Positions 16,464 through 26,978 are shown, numbered from the stretch's first letter. The stretch: DNA of 64,000 bases from an uncultured Gemmatimonadales bacterium (GCA_963809895.1 CAWELD010000003.1:416001-480000); one strand, 5' to 3'. The notes: generated by a model not told the origin, from the letters alone. Made by a program: numbers and translations.

Positions 16464-17909
16464 ATGACTTCCCGTAACGACTGGCAGCCCCTGCGGCTGA
16501 ACGACCCCTACCTTCCGGAGCTGCCCGAGGGCGGGCGCGCCACGGTGGCCGTGGTCGCGTTTCCCAGGGCGCGGGAGTCGGGCTGGTCGGCGCGTGCCAC
16601 CGCGGCCATGGCCCGTGGCTGGTGCCTGTCCGGCCTCCCCACCTACGCCTGCGATCTCGATCTGGAGGAGCCGGCGCTGCACACCGCCTTCGGTGTGGCC
16701 AACGGCGAGGGGATCAGCGACGTGCTCCTGTACGGGGTCTCGGCGAGGCGCGTGGCTCAGCGGGTGGAGGAAGGACTGTTCCTCGCGTCGGCGGGCACCG
16801 TGGCACCGGACCCGGGGGCGGTCAGGGCGAGCCCGCGCTGGGATGCCTTGGTCGACGGCTTCCAGGGCGCCGGGGCGTTGCTCCTCCTCTACGTCGTGGC
16901 GGGGGCGCCCGGCGCCGATGCCGTCCTGGCGCGAGCCGATGGGGTCGTCGCCCTGGCCGGTGCCGACGAGGCCATCGACCTGGGCGAGGCCGAGGAGCGG
17001 CTTCTGGCCGTGCTCGGTCCCGAGGATTCCACCCCGTCACGCGCTTCGCCGGGTGGTGCTCCCGAGCCCGCCGACGAGGAAGAGCCGGAACCGGCCGCCA
17101 GCGCGTCCGCCAGGGCGCCGACGGCCGACTCCTCGGGCCGGGGCTGTGGGCGCCTGGTCCTCATCGGAGTGCTGATCGTGGTGGTGGTCGTGGTGCTGGT
17201 TGCGGCGCTGGGATGGGTGAAGATCCCGGGCCTGAGCCTGCGAGAGGCCGATGCCACCCAGGTGGCGTCGCTCGCGACACCCTCCGCTGGGGTGATGGCG
17301 CTGGAACCGGGACCGGCGGCGACCTCCGCGGGTGTTGTGCCCGCTCCGGAGGAGCTCGAGGTCGGGACGAAGCCCGACGACCTGGCTGCGCAGGAGACCA
17401 CCGCACCCGTCACCGACCCGGTGCAGGCGTGGGCCGTGGCCCTGGAGTCGCTCAGGGCCCTGGATGTGGCGGCGGCGCGTGTCGAGCACCTGCGCTCCAG
17501 GTATCCGGGGACCGCGTTCTGGATCGCGCCGGTGCGCGTGGACGGCGTGCGCTACAACCGAGTGCTGGCCGGGCCGGCCGAGACGCCACAACGGGCCGAT
17601 GCCCTCGGCAAGCGCCTGGCCTCCGAGGCGGCCCGCGGAGGGTACCGCGTCCAGGAAGCGAGGCTCTCGTTCCTGGTGGGAGAGATGGACGGACTGGCCG
17701 CGGCCCGGGAATGGGCCACCTCGCTCGAGGACCTCGGGGTGCCCACGCACGTCCTGCGGGTCGGTCATCCCGACGGCACCACCGCCTTCCGGGTCTACAG
17801 CGGCACCTACGCGTCCGAAGCCGAGGCCGCCACCCTGCGTGAGGTCCTCGAGAGCCAGGGTCTCGGCTCCCTCCGGCTCACCGCACACCGAGGCGTCATT
17901 CCGGAATGA
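16464..17909 (+). CDS. Hypothetical bitopic membrane protein (degenerate MinD/CpsD-like N-terminus, SPOR-like C-terminus)
   Basis: ACDLDLEEPALHTAFGVANGEGISDVL resembles ParA/CpsD segments but has no Walker A; one TM; C-terminal YNRVLAGP and FRVYSGTYASEAEA resemble SPOR repeats; ATGA overlap with smc. Confidence 0.6.
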   Translation: MTSRNDWQPLRLNDPYLPELPEGGRATVAVVAFPRARESGWSARATAAMARGWCLSGLPTYACDLDLEEPALHTAFGVANGEGISDVLLYGVSARRVAQRVEEGLFLASAGTVAPDPGAVRASPRWDALVDGFQGAGALLLLYVVAGAPGADAVLARADGVVALAGADEAIDLGEAEERLLAVLGPEDSTPSRASPGGAPEPADEEEPEPAASASARAPTADSSGRGCGRLVLIGVLIVVVVVVLVAALGWVKIPGLSLREADATQVASLATPSAGVMALEPGPAATSAGVVPAPEELEVGTKPDDLAAQETTAPVTDPVQAWAVALESLRALDVAAARVEHLRSRYPGTAFWIAPVRVDGVRYNRVLAGPAETPQRADALGKRLASEAARGGYRVQEARLSFLVGEMDGLAAAREWATSLEDLGVPTHVLRVGHPDGTTAFRVYSGTYASEAEAATLREVLESQGLGSLRLTAHRGVIPE

Positions 17910-20900
17910 AGCTGCGCTCCCTTCGCGTCCACGGCTTCAAGTCCTTCGCCGACGCCACCGAGGTCCAGTTCCACGACGGGATCACGGCCATCGTGGGCCC
18001 CAACGGCTGCGGCAAATCCAACATCAGCGACGCCATCCGCTGGGTCCTGGGCGAGCAGCGTCCCACGGCCATTCGGGGCGCCAAGATGGAAGAGGCGATC
18101 TTTCAGGGCTCGGTGAACCGGCGGCCGGTGAACCGGGGCTCGGTCACCATGACGGTGACCAATGAAGACGGTGCGCTCCCGGTCCCCTTCGAAGAGGTGG
18201 AGATCGGCCGCATCGTCTACCGTGACGGGGGCAGCGATTACACGCTCAACCGCACCAACGTCCGTCTCAAGGACGTCGTGGACCTGACCCGCGACACGGG
18301 GCTGGGCGCCAACGCCTACAACGTCATCGAGAACCGCATGATCGACGCCATCCTGTCGGATCGGGCGGACGAGCGGCGCGCGCTCTTCGAAGAGGCGGCG
18401 GGCATCGGCAAGTACAAGGACCGGCGCAAGGCGGCCCTCCGCCGTCTGGAGCGTGCGGAGATGGACCTCCAACGGTTGGAGGACGTGATCTCCGAGGTGG
18501 AGACCAAGGTCCGGTCGTTGGCGCGCCAGAAGGGCAAGGCGGAGCGGTATCTGCAGTACCGGGCCCGACGTCTCGACGTCGAGGTCGCGGTGGTGCGGCA
18601 CCAGCTCGACACCCTCACCGGCCGATTGGCCGAGGTGAACCGGCATCTCGCGGGCGACACGGTGGAGGGCGAGGGCAAGGTGGCCGAGGTGCGCGCCGCC
18701 GAGGCCGAGTACGAGTCACTCCGCATCCAGCAGGTGGAGGCCCAGAAGGCCAGGAGCGCCTCGGCGGCGCGCCTCGACGAGATCCGCTCGGAGCTGGTGC
18801 GCTGGGAGCGGGACCTGGCCGTGGCCGACGAACGCGCCACGTACGCCCGTCGGCGCCTGTCCCAGATCGAGGGCGAGCGCTCCGAGGCCCGCTCCCGGGC
18901 GGAGACGGCCGGGGCGGAATCCGAAGAGCTGGCCGAAGATCTCTCGGTGGTGGAGTCCGAGCTCGCCTCGGCCGAGGCCGAGCTGGAGGAACGGCGGTCC
19001 ACCGCGAACGAGGTGCGCGCTCGACTGCAGGAGGCTCGAGAGGCGCTGGAGTCACTGGAGAGCCGCGAACGGGAGATCGCCCGTCGCGGGGCCCAGCTGG
19101 AGGGCGACGCCGAATCGTCCGAGGCCCAGGCGGCCGAGCTGGGGCGCCGTCTCGAACGGCTTGGCCGGGAGTTGGAGGAGGCGGCGGACACGGTCTCGGA
19201 CCTGGAGTCGCAGGGGGATCTCTTCTCTGGCCGACTGGACCTGCTGAAGCGCGAGGTCGACACGGCCAGGGGCGCCGCCCGTGCCGGCGCCGCCGAGGTC
19301 GAGGCGGCCCGGGAGGCGCTGGAAGAGGCGCGCGCCGCAGAGGTGGAGATCTCGGACCGCGCGCAGGCCCTCAGGGCGCGCCGAGCAGCTCTGGAGGCGC
19401 TGGAGCGTGACCGCGAGGGGATGGAGCCCGCCGTGCAAGCGGCGCTGGACGCGGGGATCGAGGGCGTTCACGGCCCGCTGGTGGATTTCGTGCGCGCAGA
19501 CGAGGACGTGGCTCCCGCGGTGGAGGCCTTCCTGGGCCCGCTGGCCCGGGGCCTGGTGGTGGCCGACGATGCGGCCGCGGAGCGCGCCCGCCGGTGGTTC
19601 ACCGAGGACTGGGGGAAGGGCGGGGGACTCGTGTTGCTGCCCCTGGACCGTGCGCCGGGGAGCGGCCCCGCCGGGACCTTGCTCGGCGCGGTGGAGGCCA
19701 CGGGCGAGGGCGCCCCATGGGTGCGGGCGCTCCTGGCCGGCGTGGACCTGGTGGACGAGGACGGCCTCATGGGGGGCAGCGGCGGAGCCCGCGTGACCCG
19801 CAAGGGCGCGACCCGGGAGGCCTCGGGCATCGTCCGCGTGGGCAATCCCACGGGATCGGGGGGGCTCCTGGAGCGGAAAGGTGAGCTGCGCAAGCTGGTG
19901 AAGGACGCCGAGCGCGCCTCCACTGCCGCCGCCGAAGCCCGGGAGGCGAGGGAGGCCGCCAGAGAGACGCTGCGCGCGCGTGAGGAGGCCCTCGAGGTCG
20001 CGCGCCAGGCGGCCCGCGTTGCCGAAGACACGCACCGCCAGGCGGCGGCGGAGGTGGCCGAGGCCGTGGACCGCAAGGACCGGGCGGACCGGCACCGCGA
20101 CGAGCTGGCGCGGCAGGTCGAGGGCACGCGGGCGGCCCGGGCTCGCGCCCAGGAGCGCGCCCGCCAGGCCCGCGAGGATCGCCAGGGCCTCCTGGCCGAG
20201 GAAGAGGGCCTCAGGGACCGGCGCGCCGAGGCGCGCTCGGCGGTGGAGGCGGTGCAGGAAGAGTGGGAGGTCGCCCGCAGCGAGCAGGCGAGCCTGGAGG
20301 TGCAGGCCACCCGTCTCCAGGGCGAGCGGTCCCGTCTGAGCGAGCGGGCCGGGGCGGTGGACCGGGCGCGGGCGTCGGCGCTGGCCCGGACGGAGGCGCT
20401 GGACCGGGAGGAGTCCCAGCTTCGCACCGAGCTCGAGCAGGTCGCCGCGACCCAGCAAGAGGGCGCCGACGCCACCGAGGCCCTCTTCCAGCGGCGCGAG
20501 GAAGCTCAGCAGGAGCTCCGCGCCCGGGACACGGCGTTGAACGAGGTCGGCGAGGCACTGGCCGCCGCCGAACGCAAGGCCCGGCAGGCACGGCAGGCGG
20601 AGCGCGAGGCGACGGACCGACGCCATCGCCTCGAGCTGGAGCGCCAGGAGCTGGAGGGGCGCATCGGGCGCATCCAGGACCGGCTCGAGGGTGAGTGGGG
20701 ACGCCCGCTGGCCGACCTCATGGCCGAGGCGCAGCCGGTGGAGGGCGAGCAGGAGGCGCTCCAGGAGGAGCTCCGCGAGATCGTGGTGGCGCTGGAGCGC
20801 ATCGGTCCCGTGAACATGTTGGCCGTGGAGGAGCATGCCGAAGAGAGCCAGCGGCTGGAGTTCCTCAAGGAGCAGCACGCCGACCTCATCAAGGCCCGCG

Positions 20901-21424
20901 ACGACCTGCGTGCCGCCATCCGCCAGATCAACCAGACCGCCACCGAGCTCTTCTTCGGCACCTTCGAGAAGATCCGAGAGAACTTCAAGACGGTGCACCG
21001 ACGCCTGTTCGAGGGCGGTGAGGCGGACATCTGGCTCGCCGACGAGGAGGATCCCCTGGAATCGCCGGTGGAGATCCACGCCTCGCCCCGGGGCAAGAAG
21101 ACCCAGCGCATCGACCTGCTGTCGGGCGGGGAGCGGGCGCTCACGGCCCTCTCGCTCCTCTTTTCGATCTACCTGGTCAAGCCCAGCCCCTTCTGCGTGC
21201 TGGACGAGGTGGACGCGCCGCTGGACGAGAACAACATCGGCCGCTTCATCCGGCTCCTGCACGACTTCAAGGAGCAGACGCAGTTCGTGGTCATCACCCA
21301 CAACCCGCGCACCATCGAAGCGGCGGACTGGATCTACGGCGTGACCATGGAAGAGCCCGGCGTGAGCACCATCGTGGGCGTGCGCCTGGAAGATGCTCTC
21401 GAACAGGCGCGAGGCGCCGCGTAG
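17906..21424 (+). CDS. smc: Chromosome segregation protein SMC
   Basis: GFKSF...GPNGCGKSNI, coiled coils, hinge, LSGGE, LDEVDAPLD, VITHN. Confidence 0.98.
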   Translation: MKLRSLRVHGFKSFADATEVQFHDGITAIVGPNGCGKSNISDAIRWVLGEQRPTAIRGAKMEEAIFQGSVNRRPVNRGSVTMTVTNEDGALPVPFEEVEIGRIVYRDGGSDYTLNRTNVRLKDVVDLTRDTGLGANAYNVIENRMIDAILSDRADERRALFEEAAGIGKYKDRRKAALRRLERAEMDLQRLEDVISEVETKVRSLARQKGKAERYLQYRARRLDVEVAVVRHQLDTLTGRLAEVNRHLAGDTVEGEGKVAEVRAAEAEYESLRIQQVEAQKARSASAARLDEIRSELVRWERDLAVADERATYARRRLSQIEGERSEARSRAETAGAESEELAEDLSVVESELASAEAELEERRSTANEVRARLQEAREALESLESREREIARRGAQLEGDAESSEAQAAELGRRLERLGRELEEAADTVSDLESQGDLFSGRLDLLKREVDTARGAARAGAAEVEAAREALEEARAAEVEISDRAQALRARRAALEALERDREGMEPAVQAALDAGIEGVHGPLVDFVRADEDVAPAVEAFLGPLARGLVVADDAAAERARRWFTEDWGKGGGLVLLPLDRAPGSGPAGTLLGAVEATGEGAPWVRALLAGVDLVDEDGLMGGSGGARVTRKGATREASGIVRVGNPTGSGGLLERKGELRKLVKDAERASTAAAEAREAREAARETLRAREEALEVARQAARVAEDTHRQAAAEVAEAVDRKDRADRHRDELARQVEGTRAARARAQERARQAREDRQGLLAEEEGLRDRRAEARSAVEAVQEEWEVARSEQASLEVQATRLQGERSRLSERAGAVDRARASALARTEALDREESQLRTELEQVAATQQEGADATEALFQRREEAQQELRARDTALNEVGEALAAAERKARQARQAEREATDRRHRLELERQELEGRIGRIQDRLEGEWGRPLADLMAEAQPVEGEQEALQEELREIVVALERIGPVNMLAVEEHAEESQRLEFLKEQHADLIKARDDLRAAIRQINQTATELFFGTFEKIRENFKTVHRRLFEGGEADIWLADEEDPLESPVEIHASPRGKKTQRIDLLSGGERALTALSLLFSIYLVKPSPFCVLDEVDAPLDENNIGRFIRLLHDFKEQTQFVVITHNPRTIEAADWIYGVTMEEPGVSTIVGVRLEDALEQARGAA

Positions 21425-21433
21425 GAGGGTGCC

Positions 21434-22258
21434 ATGAGCGCCGCCGATGCGACTGGAATGGAATGCCGGGTCCTGGGCTCGGGCACGCTCATCCCGTCCG
21501 ACGAGCGGCGGTCCGCCTCGCACATGGCGGTCTTCGGCGATGTGCACATGCTCCTGGACGTCGGATTCGGAACGGTGCATGGATTTGCGCGCCATGGAGT
21601 TGCGTGGCATGACTTCACCCATGTCGTGATCTCGCATTTCCACACCGACCACATCGGCGACCTGGCGCCCTACCTCTTCCTGCTCACCTACGGTCCCGAG
21701 CCCCGGAAGGCGCCCCTGACCATCGTGGGACCGCCCGGGATCGGCAGGGTGCTGGACGGGCTCGCCGAGGCGCACGGAGCGTGGGTCCGGGAGCCGCCGT
21801 TCCCGCTGAACGTGGTGGAGTTGGCGCGAAACGACCGCTGGAGTGATCCGGAGGGCCGTTTCACCCTGGTGTGCCATCCCACCCCCCACACCGACGAATC
21901 GGTGGCCTGGCGCGTGGAGACGAGCCACGGCGTCCTGGGCTACACGGGTGACACCGGACCCGATGCAGAGGTGGGCCGCTTCCTGGCCGGCGCGACGCTC
22001 CTCATCTCCGAGTGCGCCGTGCCCGACGGCAGCGACGTGCCCATCCATCTGACGCCGGGGCAGGTGGCCGAGCTGGCGGGTCTGGCGCGGCCGGAGCTCC
22101 TGGTGCTCACCCACGCGTACCCGCCTCTGGATCCCGCCGAGGTTCCGGACCTGGTGCGCCGCGGGGGGTACGACGGCCCGGTGATCGCCGCTCGCGACGG
22201 CGACACCTTCCGCATCGGAGACGGGCGGGCGGTTCCCGCCGATGGCCCGCCGCGGTAG
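21434..22258 (+). CDS. MBL-fold metallohydrolase (RNase Z-like)
   Basis: VLGSGT...LLDVG...SHFHTDHIGD...YTGDTG...ISEC...HLT...LTH. Confidence 0.85.
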   Translation: MSAADATGMECRVLGSGTLIPSDERRSASHMAVFGDVHMLLDVGFGTVHGFARHGVAWHDFTHVVISHFHTDHIGDLAPYLFLLTYGPEPRKAPLTIVGPPGIGRVLDGLAEAHGAWVREPPFPLNVVELARNDRWSDPEGRFTLVCHPTPHTDESVAWRVETSHGVLGYTGDTGPDAEVGRFLAGATLLISECAVPDGSDVPIHLTPGQVAELAGLARPELLVLTHAYPPLDPAEVPDLVRRGGYDGPVIAARDGDTFRIGDGRAVPADGPPR

Positions 22259-22300
22259 ACTTTTCCGGAGAGATCCTCCCACTCCGCAGGACATACGACG

Positions 22301-23353
22301 ATGCTGGTGGTCATGAAGCACAACGCCTCGGACGACGACATCGACGCCGTCGTCGAGGCGATCAAGGACATGGGATACGATGCCCGCCCCATTCCCGGGG
22401 GCCAACGGACCGCCGTGGGTCTGATCGGCAACGACGGGCGCGTGGACACGGCCAGCCTGGAGGGCATGGCCGGGGTGCTGGAGTGCATCCCCGTCACCCA
22501 GCCCTACAAGCAGGTATCGCGGGAGTGGAAGGAGGAGGACACGGTGATCCGGCTGGACAACGGCACCGTGATCGGGGGGAACGAGATCGTGGTGATGGCG
22601 GGCCCCTGCGCCGTGGAGAGCGAGGATCAGATCCTGACCGCGGCCCGGCAGCTCCGCGAGTTGGGTGCCACCGTGCTCCGGGGCGGCGCCTTCAAGCCCC
22701 GCACCTCGCCCTACTCCTTCCAGGGGCTCGGTGAGGCCGGACTCCGGCTCCTGGCCCGTGCCCGTGAGGCCACGGGCATGGCGGTGGTCACGGAGGCGCT
22801 GGACCCCGAGGGGGTGGAGCTGGTGGCCGAGTACGCCGACATCGTCCAGATCGGCGCCCGCAACATGCAGAACTACCCCTTGCTGCGCAGGGCGGGGAAG
22901 GTGGGCAAACCCGTGCTCCTGAAGCGGGGCATGAGCGCCACCATCGACGAGTTCCTCCTGGCCGCCGAGTACATCCTGGCCGAGGGCAACGAGCAGGTCA
23001 TTCTGTGCGAGCGCGGCGTGCGCAGCTTCGACAACCACACCCGCAACCTCCTGGACCTCACGGCCATCCCGGTGGTGCAGGCCCTGTCGCACCTGCCCAT
23101 CATCGCCGATCCCAGCCACGGAACCGGCATTCGCTCCAAGGTGGTGCCCATGGCCCGGGCGGCGGTGGCCGCCGGCGCCGACGGCCTCATCGTCGAGGTC
23201 CATCCCGATCCGCCCAAGGCCCTCTCCGACGGGGCGCAGTCGCTCTACCCGGAGCAGTTCGGCGAGCTCATGGGCCAGATCCACACCATCGCTCGGGCCA
23301 TCGGCCGGGAGCTGGTGGCGACCCTTCCCGAGCCCGCCGCCAGCCCGGGCTGA
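22301..23353 (+). CDS. aroF: DAHP synthase (type I-beta with N-terminal regulatory domain)
   Basis: [44 protein letters not shown]. Confidence 0.97.
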   Translation: MLVVMKHNASDDDIDAVVEAIKDMGYDARPIPGGQRTAVGLIGNDGRVDTASLEGMAGVLECIPVTQPYKQVSREWKEEDTVIRLDNGTVIGGNEIVVMAGPCAVESEDQILTAARQLRELGATVLRGGAFKPRTSPYSFQGLGEAGLRLLARAREATGMAVVTEALDPEGVELVAEYADIVQIGARNMQNYPLLRRAGKVGKPVLLKRGMSATIDEFLLAAEYILAEGNEQVILCERGVRSFDNHTRNLLDLTAIPVVQALSHLPIIADPSHGTGIRSKVVPMARAAVAAGADGLIVEVHPDPPKALSDGAQSLYPEQFGELMGQIHTIARAIGRELVATLPEPAASPG

Positions 23354-23405
23354 GAGAGCCCCGGCGGCACATCCTCCGAAACCCGCATCCCCCGATTTCC
23401 GTATT

Positions 23406-23439
23406 GCGGTATAACGTGACGCGGTATATCGTCACGCGG
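23406..23439. promoter_or_regulatory. Putative PadR operator (tandem 15-bp repeat)
   Basis: GCGGTATAACGTGAC GCGGTATATCGTCAC GCGG, containing TATAACG-N5-CGGTATA, upstream of padR. Confidence 0.6.
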
Positions 23440-23529
23440 AAGAGGTGACGAGGTCCGCCTCGGGGCACCCCCGAGGGGATCCACCGCTCACGCAGGCCAT
23501 TCTTCGGACGCCACGCGGGGAAGACCACG

Positions 23530-23901
23530 ATGCCATCCGACGCCGAGGCCCGGCACCTGCCGCTGTCGGTGCCCGTATACCAGATCCTCCTGTCGCTCAG
23601 CGACCGGATCCTGCACGGCTACGCGATCATCCAGGACATCCAGGAGCGAACCGAGGGTGTCGTGGACCTGACGGCCAGCACTCTCTACGGAGCCGTGAAG
23701 CGGCTTCTCGGTGACGACCTGCTCGAGGAAACCGAGGCGCCGGAGGGTGTGGAGATCGACGATCCGCGGCGTCGCTACTACCGCATCACGCCGGCGGGGC
23801 TCGCCGTGCTGCGGGCCGAGACCCGCCGACTTCGTCGAGCGTTGGAGGATGCCGCGGCCAAGGGGTTCACCGCCGAGAGCTCCGAGCGGGCGGTGCCGTG
23901 A
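23530..23901 (+). CDS. padR: PadR-family transcriptional regulator
   Basis: ILLSL...HGYAIIQDI...STLYGAVKRL...RRRYYRITPAG. Confidence 0.93.
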   Translation: MPSDAEARHLPLSVPVYQILLSLSDRILHGYAIIQDIQERTEGVVDLTASTLYGAVKRLLGDDLLEETEAPEGVEIDDPRRRYYRITPAGLAVLRAETRRLRRALEDAAAKGFTAESSERAVP

Positions 23902-26528
23902 GCTCCGGTGTGCCGTGGGTGGTGCGCTGGCTGGTCGGGCGTCTGCCGTCCGGCACCCGCCGGGTGGTCGGCGCCCCGCTGGAGAGGACCGTGGCCGACG
24001 CGCTGGCCCATGCTCGCTGCCGGGGTCGAATGGCCTGGGCCTGGGCCTTCGTCCGCGAGGTGACCTCGCTGGCCCGACTGGTGACTCGTGAACGTTTTGG
24101 CGCCGGGGCCCAGGGGGCCCGGGGGCCGGGGGAGTGGATGACGATGGGAATGCAGGAGATCCGATACGCGATCCGCACACTGAGGCGGAGCCCGGGCGTC
24201 ACGGTGGTGTGCATCCTCACGCTGGCGCTGGGGATCGGCGCGAATACCGCCATCTTCAGCGTCGTCGACGGCGTGCTCCTGCACAACCTGTCGTACGCCG
24301 AGCCCGATCAGGTCGTCTACATGGGCGAGCTCACGCCCCAGGGAGGCTACACCAGCACCTCGTACGAGAACTTCAGGGACTGGCAGGCGGCCGGGGTGAT
24401 GTCTTCGGTGGCCGCCCTGCTGGGCAACAGTGTGAACGTCACGGGGGAGGGCACCCCGGAGCGCATCCGTGGGCTGTTCGTGACGGCCTCGTACTTCGAC
24501 GTGGTGGGCGTGCGCCCGGTGTTGGGGCGGGCCATTCAACCCGGCGAAGACGTGCCCGGCGGGCCACGGGTCGCGGTGCTCAGCTGGGGCTACTGGCAGC
24601 AGCGTTTCGGCGGCTCGCCGGACATTCTCGGACGGACCCTGCTGCTGAACAACGAGCCGCACACCATCGTCGGCGTCATGCCCCAGGGATTTCGCTCCCC
24701 GTGGGACACGCCCGCGGCCTGGATCTCCCTCCAGACGGCGCCCCGGACCTTCAACCGCGGAGACCGCGGCTTCCAGGCCGTGCTGGGACGCCGGGCTCCG
24801 GGACAGTCCCTGGACGAGGCCCGCGACGCCATGCAGGGTGTCATGGCCGGCCTCGCCGAGCGCTATCCCGAGGTGAACGCCGGCCGCGGGATCTGGATGG
24901 AGCCGCTGGGGCCCTTCCTGGCCGCTCGCAACCGACCCGTCCTTCTGGGTCTCATGGGGGCCGTGGCCCTCCTGCTGCTCATCGCCGCCGCCAATGTCGC
25001 CAACCTGCAGCTGGCGCGAACCTCGTCCCGGCGTCAGGAGCTGGCCGTGCGCGCGGCACTGGGAGGTGGGCGTCGGCGTTTGCTGCGGCAGGTCCTCACC
25101 GAGAACGGCATTCTCTTCGGCGCAGGCGGTGCCGTGGGGCTGGCGGTGGCGGTCGTGGGAGTCAGGGGCTTGCTGGCCCTGGAGCCGTCCTTCGATCGCT
25201 ATTACCACGTGGCGCTGAACCTTCCGGTAGCGCTGGCGAGCCTGACCGTGGCCGTGGGGGCCGGCATCGTCTTCGGGCTGATTCCGGCCCTGGAGGCGCT
25301 TCACACCCAGCCGGCCGGAGCGCTCCGCGAGGGCGGCCGGAGCGGAGGTGGACGAACCGTGCGCCGCTTCCGGTCGGGCTTGGTCGTGGTACAGGTGGCG
25401 CTGTCCGTGAGCCTACTGGTGGGCGCGGGTCTTCTGACCCGGAGCCTGGGCAACCTGCTCGGGGTCGATCCGGGCTTCGATACGCGGCGGCTCCTCACGC
25501 TGGAGTTCCGCCTGCCGCAGAACTCGTACGCGGACGACGAAGCCACGGTGGTCTTTTTCGATCGCATGCTGGACGAGGTGCGGGCGGTGCCCGGGGTGGA
25601 GGCCGCCTCCGTGGCCCAGGATCTGCCGTTCTCCGGAAACGGCGGCACGCAGCCCTTCATCCGGGAAGGCGAGCCCCTGAATCTGGAGCAGGCTCCGGTG
25701 GTGCGCCGGAACGTGGTGAGTCCCGACTACTTCGAGACCATGGGGATCCCCCTGCTGCAGGGGCGCGGGCTTCAGGGCTCCGACCGCGCCGAGACCCCGA
25801 CGGTGGCCGTGGTCAGTCGCGCGGCGGCGGACCGGCTCTTCGATGGAGACGATCCCCTGGGCGCGCGCTTCTACTACACGGAGCAGCTCGACGTCGCCAC
25901 CGTGGTGGGCGTGGTGGGTGACGTGGCGACGTCGCTCACGGACGCGCCGGATCCCTACGTGTACTTCTCGTATGCCCAGAGCCCGTCACACTTCTCCAGT
26001 CTGGCGGTGCGCACGCGCGGCGAGCCCATGGCGCTGGCCGACGCGGTGCGCGAGGCGGTGTGGCGGGTGGATCCGCAGCAGCCGGTCTGGGAGATCATGC
26101 CCATCACCGAGCGCATGGCCGGCGACGCCAGGAGCCAACGCTTCGCCATGGTGCTCCTGGTCGCGTTCGGCGTCACGGCGCTGCTCCTGGCCAGCCTGGG
26201 CCTCTACGGCGTCATGAGCTACTCCGTGCGCCGCCGGGAGCGCGAGATCGGGGTGCGGGCCGCCCTCGGTGCCGCGCCGGTACGGCTCCTGGGCATGGTC
26301 CTCCGCGAAGGGCTCGCCCTGGCCCTGACGGGGCTGGCGATCGGGGTGCTGCTGGCGTGGTGGCTGTCCAGCCTCCTGCAGTCGCTCCTCTTCGGTGTGA
26401 GCGCCCGGGATCCGGTGTCCTTCGGGCTCGCCGTGGTGATCCTGGCCGGTGTGGCGGCGTTGGCGGCCTACCTGCCGGCGCGGCAGGCCGTGCGCGTGGA
26501 CCCGGCGGAGAGCCTGCAGGAGAGCTGA
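23898..26528 (+). CDS. ADOP-type duplicated MacB/FtsX ABC permease
   Basis: TLALGIGANTAIFSVVDGVLL, LLIAAANVANL, VDPGFD, REIGVRAALGA; GTGA overlap with padR. Confidence 0.92.
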   Translation: MSSGVPWVVRWLVGRLPSGTRRVVGAPLERTVADALAHARCRGRMAWAWAFVREVTSLARLVTRERFGAGAQGARGPGEWMTMGMQEIRYAIRTLRRSPGVTVVCILTLALGIGANTAIFSVVDGVLLHNLSYAEPDQVVYMGELTPQGGYTSTSYENFRDWQAAGVMSSVAALLGNSVNVTGEGTPERIRGLFVTASYFDVVGVRPVLGRAIQPGEDVPGGPRVAVLSWGYWQQRFGGSPDILGRTLLLNNEPHTIVGVMPQGFRSPWDTPAAWISLQTAPRTFNRGDRGFQAVLGRRAPGQSLDEARDAMQGVMAGLAERYPEVNAGRGIWMEPLGPFLAARNRPVLLGLMGAVALLLLIAAANVANLQLARTSSRRQELAVRAALGGGRRRLLRQVLTENGILFGAGGAVGLAVAVVGVRGLLALEPSFDRYYHVALNLPVALASLTVAVGAGIVFGLIPALEALHTQPAGALREGGRSGGGRTVRRFRSGLVVVQVALSVSLLVGAGLLTRSLGNLLGVDPGFDTRRLLTLEFRLPQNSYADDEATVVFFDRMLDEVRAVPGVEAASVAQDLPFSGNGGTQPFIREGEPLNLEQAPVVRRNVVSPDYFETMGIPLLQGRGLQGSDRAETPTVAVVSRAAADRLFDGDDPLGARFYYTEQLDVATVVGVVGDVATSLTDAPDPYVYFSYAQSPSHFSSLAVRTRGEPMALADAVREAVWRVDPQQPVWEIMPITERMAGDARSQRFAMVLLVAFGVTALLLASLGLYGVMSYSVRRREREIGVRAALGAAPVRLLGMVLREGLALALTGLAIGVLLAWWLSSLLQSLLFGVSARDPVSFGLAVVILAGVAALAAYLPARQAVRVDPAESLQES

Positions 26529-26584
26529 CGCGAGACGTCCCGTCAAACCCTGTAGTCGCCCCGTATCGGGCGCCATCGTCCGTC

Positions 26585-26953
26585 ATGGACACGCACAGAG
26601 TGGGACAGGCCTTCGAAGCCATGGCCGAGGCCATGCTGGTGGACGGCGGCTGGCACGTTCTCGAGCGCAACCTGCGCTTCGGCCGCAAGGAGATCGATCT
26701 CGTGGTGCGGCGTGGGGCGGTGGTGGCCTTCGTGGAGGTGAAGGGGAGGCGCGGCTCGGGATTCGGGCATCCCCTGGAGGCGATCACCGCGCTGAAGCGC
26801 CGCGAGATCGAGGCCGTGGCGCGCTGGTGGCTGGCGCGATTCCGTGAGCCCGGCGTCCGGTACCGGTTCGACGCCGTGGCGGTGGTGGCGGAGCGTGGCG
26901 CGCCCATCCGGATCACCCACGTGGAGGACGCCTGGCGGCCAGGTTGGCGTTGA
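26585..26953 (+). CDS. yraN: YraN-family (UPF0102) protein
   Basis: G...E..A...L...G..VLERN.R....EIDLV...VAFVEVK.R...RFDAVAV...HVEDAW. Confidence 0.92.
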   Translation: MDTHRVGQAFEAMAEAMLVDGGWHVLERNLRFGRKEIDLVVRRGAVVAFVEVKGRRGSGFGHPLEAITALKRREIEAVARWWLARFREPGVRYRFDAVAVVAERGAPIRITHVEDAWRPGWR

Positions 26954-26978
26954 CCTCCTCGGGGGGTCCGGGTAGCTT
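26950..26978 (+). promoter_or_regulatory. Sigma70-like promoter of ffs
   Basis: TTGACC (26950-26955), 17 bp, TAGCTT (26973-26978), 5 bp before the SRP RNA stem. Confidence 0.65.

Noticed and set aside
19052..23284. 1410-aa minus-strand ORF and many other long alternative-frame ORFs (e.g. 2993-4495, 4514-6700, 48945-51125, 55959-58124)
   Set aside because: They shadow well-supported genes, have no recognisable motifs, and are expected in high-GC DNA where stop codons are rare.
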